Assembly (NCBI GenBank): GCA_963664815.2
Contig: CAXXHB010000003.1
Location: 4,064,001-4,128,000 of the forward strand
Reading direction: 5' to 3'
DNA length: 64,000 bases
Origin: Spirochaetota bacterium
GTDB taxonomy: Bacteria > Spirochaetota > UBA4802 > UBA5550
The position numbers were made by a program, and so were the translations under genes. The notes below the pieces were generated by a model that saw only the letters and a program-made list of their open reading frames with translations, searched no databases and had not been told where the DNA came from. Below are positions 62,996 to 64,000 of this stretch, piece after piece. Each line of letters begins with the position of its first letter. The first letter of the stretch is position 1.

Positions 62996-64000
62996 ATGAA
63001 AAAATTTATTTTTTCCGGAATGATATTTGTTGCATACTCAAATCTTTTTGCAGCAGATGCAGCACCTGCACCGGCAATAAACACAGGAGACACGGCATGG
63101 GTGCTCATGGCAACTGCTCTTGTAATGTTTATGACAGCTCCTGCTCTTGCCCTTTTCTACGGAGGACTTGTAAAACGCAAAAATGTACTGAATATTCTCA
63201 TGCAGTGTTTTATCACTCTTGCCCTGGTAAGTCTTATATGGGTCATCTATGGTTACAGCCTTGCTTTCAGCACCGGTGAGTTGATCCCCGGAATTATCGG
63301 CAACTTTCGCTGGGCATTTCTGAATGGAGTTGGCTTTACTCCACATCCATCATACGGAACGACAATACCACATCTTACATTTATGCTCTTTCAGGGAATG
63401 TTTGCAGTTATTACTCCCGCATTGATAATTGGAGCCTTCGCTGAAAGAATGAAATTTTCGACATATCTTCTGTTTACAGTATTATGGATTACCTTTGTTT
63501 ATTGCCCTGTCGCACACTGGATGTGGTCCACAGGAGGATGGTTGAATAAACTGGGGGCTGTTGATTTTGCCGGGGGAATAGTGGTACATATAATTGCCGG
63601 CATTTCCGCGCTTGTAACCTCTATTGTTATAGGCAAACGCAAATATTTAAAGCCATCACCACCTCATAATCTTACATTCACCATGATCGGCGCAGCAATG
63701 TTGTGGTTCGGATGGTTTGGTTTTAACGCCGGAAGCGCTCTTGCAGCCAATGGTCTTGCAGCCAACGCGTTCGTAACAACTAATACTGCCGCTGCCGCTG
63801 CAACAATCGTGTGGCTTCTGCTTGACTGGATTCTGGTAAAGAAACCAACAATGCTCGGAAGCGCAACCGGTGCAATAGCCGGGCTTGCAGCCGTGACCCC
63901 CGCATCAGGATTTGTAGATATGAAAGGAGCCTTGATCATAGGTATAGTTTCAAGTATTATATGCTATTTTATGGTCGTTGTTGTTAAAAACAGACTCGGT
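62996..64000 (+). CDS. amt: Ammonium transporter (3'-truncated by window; absent from the ORF track)
   Basis: Manual translation MKKFIF...NTGDTAWVLMATALVMFMT.PALALFYGGLV, FQGMFAVITPALIIGA.AER, DFAGGIVVH, PHN, LWFGWFGFNAGS; AAGGA SD. Confidence 0.95.
   Translation, partial: MKKFIFSGMIFVAYSNLFAADAAPAPAINTGDTAWVLMATALVMFMTAPALALFYGGLVKRKNVLNILMQCFITLALVSLIWVIYGYSLAFSTGELIPGIIGNFRWAFLNGVGFTPHPSYGTTIPHLTFMLFQGMFAVITPALIIGAFAERMKFSTYLLFTVLWITFVYCPVAHWMWSTGGWLNKLGAVDFAGGIVVHIIAGISALVTSIVIGKRKYLKPSPPHNLTFTMIGAAMLWFGWFGFNAGSALAANGLAANAFVTTNTAAAAATIVWLLLDWILVKKPTMLGSATGAIAGLAAVTPASGFVDMKGALIIGIVSSIICYFMVVVVKNRLG

Overview
AT-rich chromosomal segment from a free-living, probably anaerobic spirochaete. 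The taxonomy is inferred from two tandem FlaA sheath genes, a ~900-aa spirochaete-type GreA, FliM and a DUF6675-like gene; anaerobiosis from a class III RNR, NfnAB and a FadF-like Fe-S oxidoreductase. The content is mostly housekeeping and metabolic: gatA, moaA, nrdD/nrdG, gltBD, nfnAB, gdhA, purT, tRNA-Leu(CAG), xpaC-telA-DJ-1, ispG, a speA-CASDH-nspC-speB polyamine operon, two acyl-CoA ligases and a partial amt. No integrase, transposase or CRISPR array was seen. Most notable: (1) a split class III ribonucleotide reductase whose glycyl-radical domain is a separate 59-aa gene missed by the ORF track; (2) a shared TACA-N4-TGTA palindrome upstream of gltB, gdhA and amt, a candidate nitrogen-regulon operator; (3) a KaiC-like/PEP-synthase-like protein of unknown function beside gdhA; (4) an ABC-F gene with an in-frame TGA and a leader-peptide/hairpin attenuator; (5) sigma28-like promoters that link orphan genes to motility; (6) marked CCGG enrichment; (7) a structured speA leader. 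All calls come from reading the sequence; no database searches were run.
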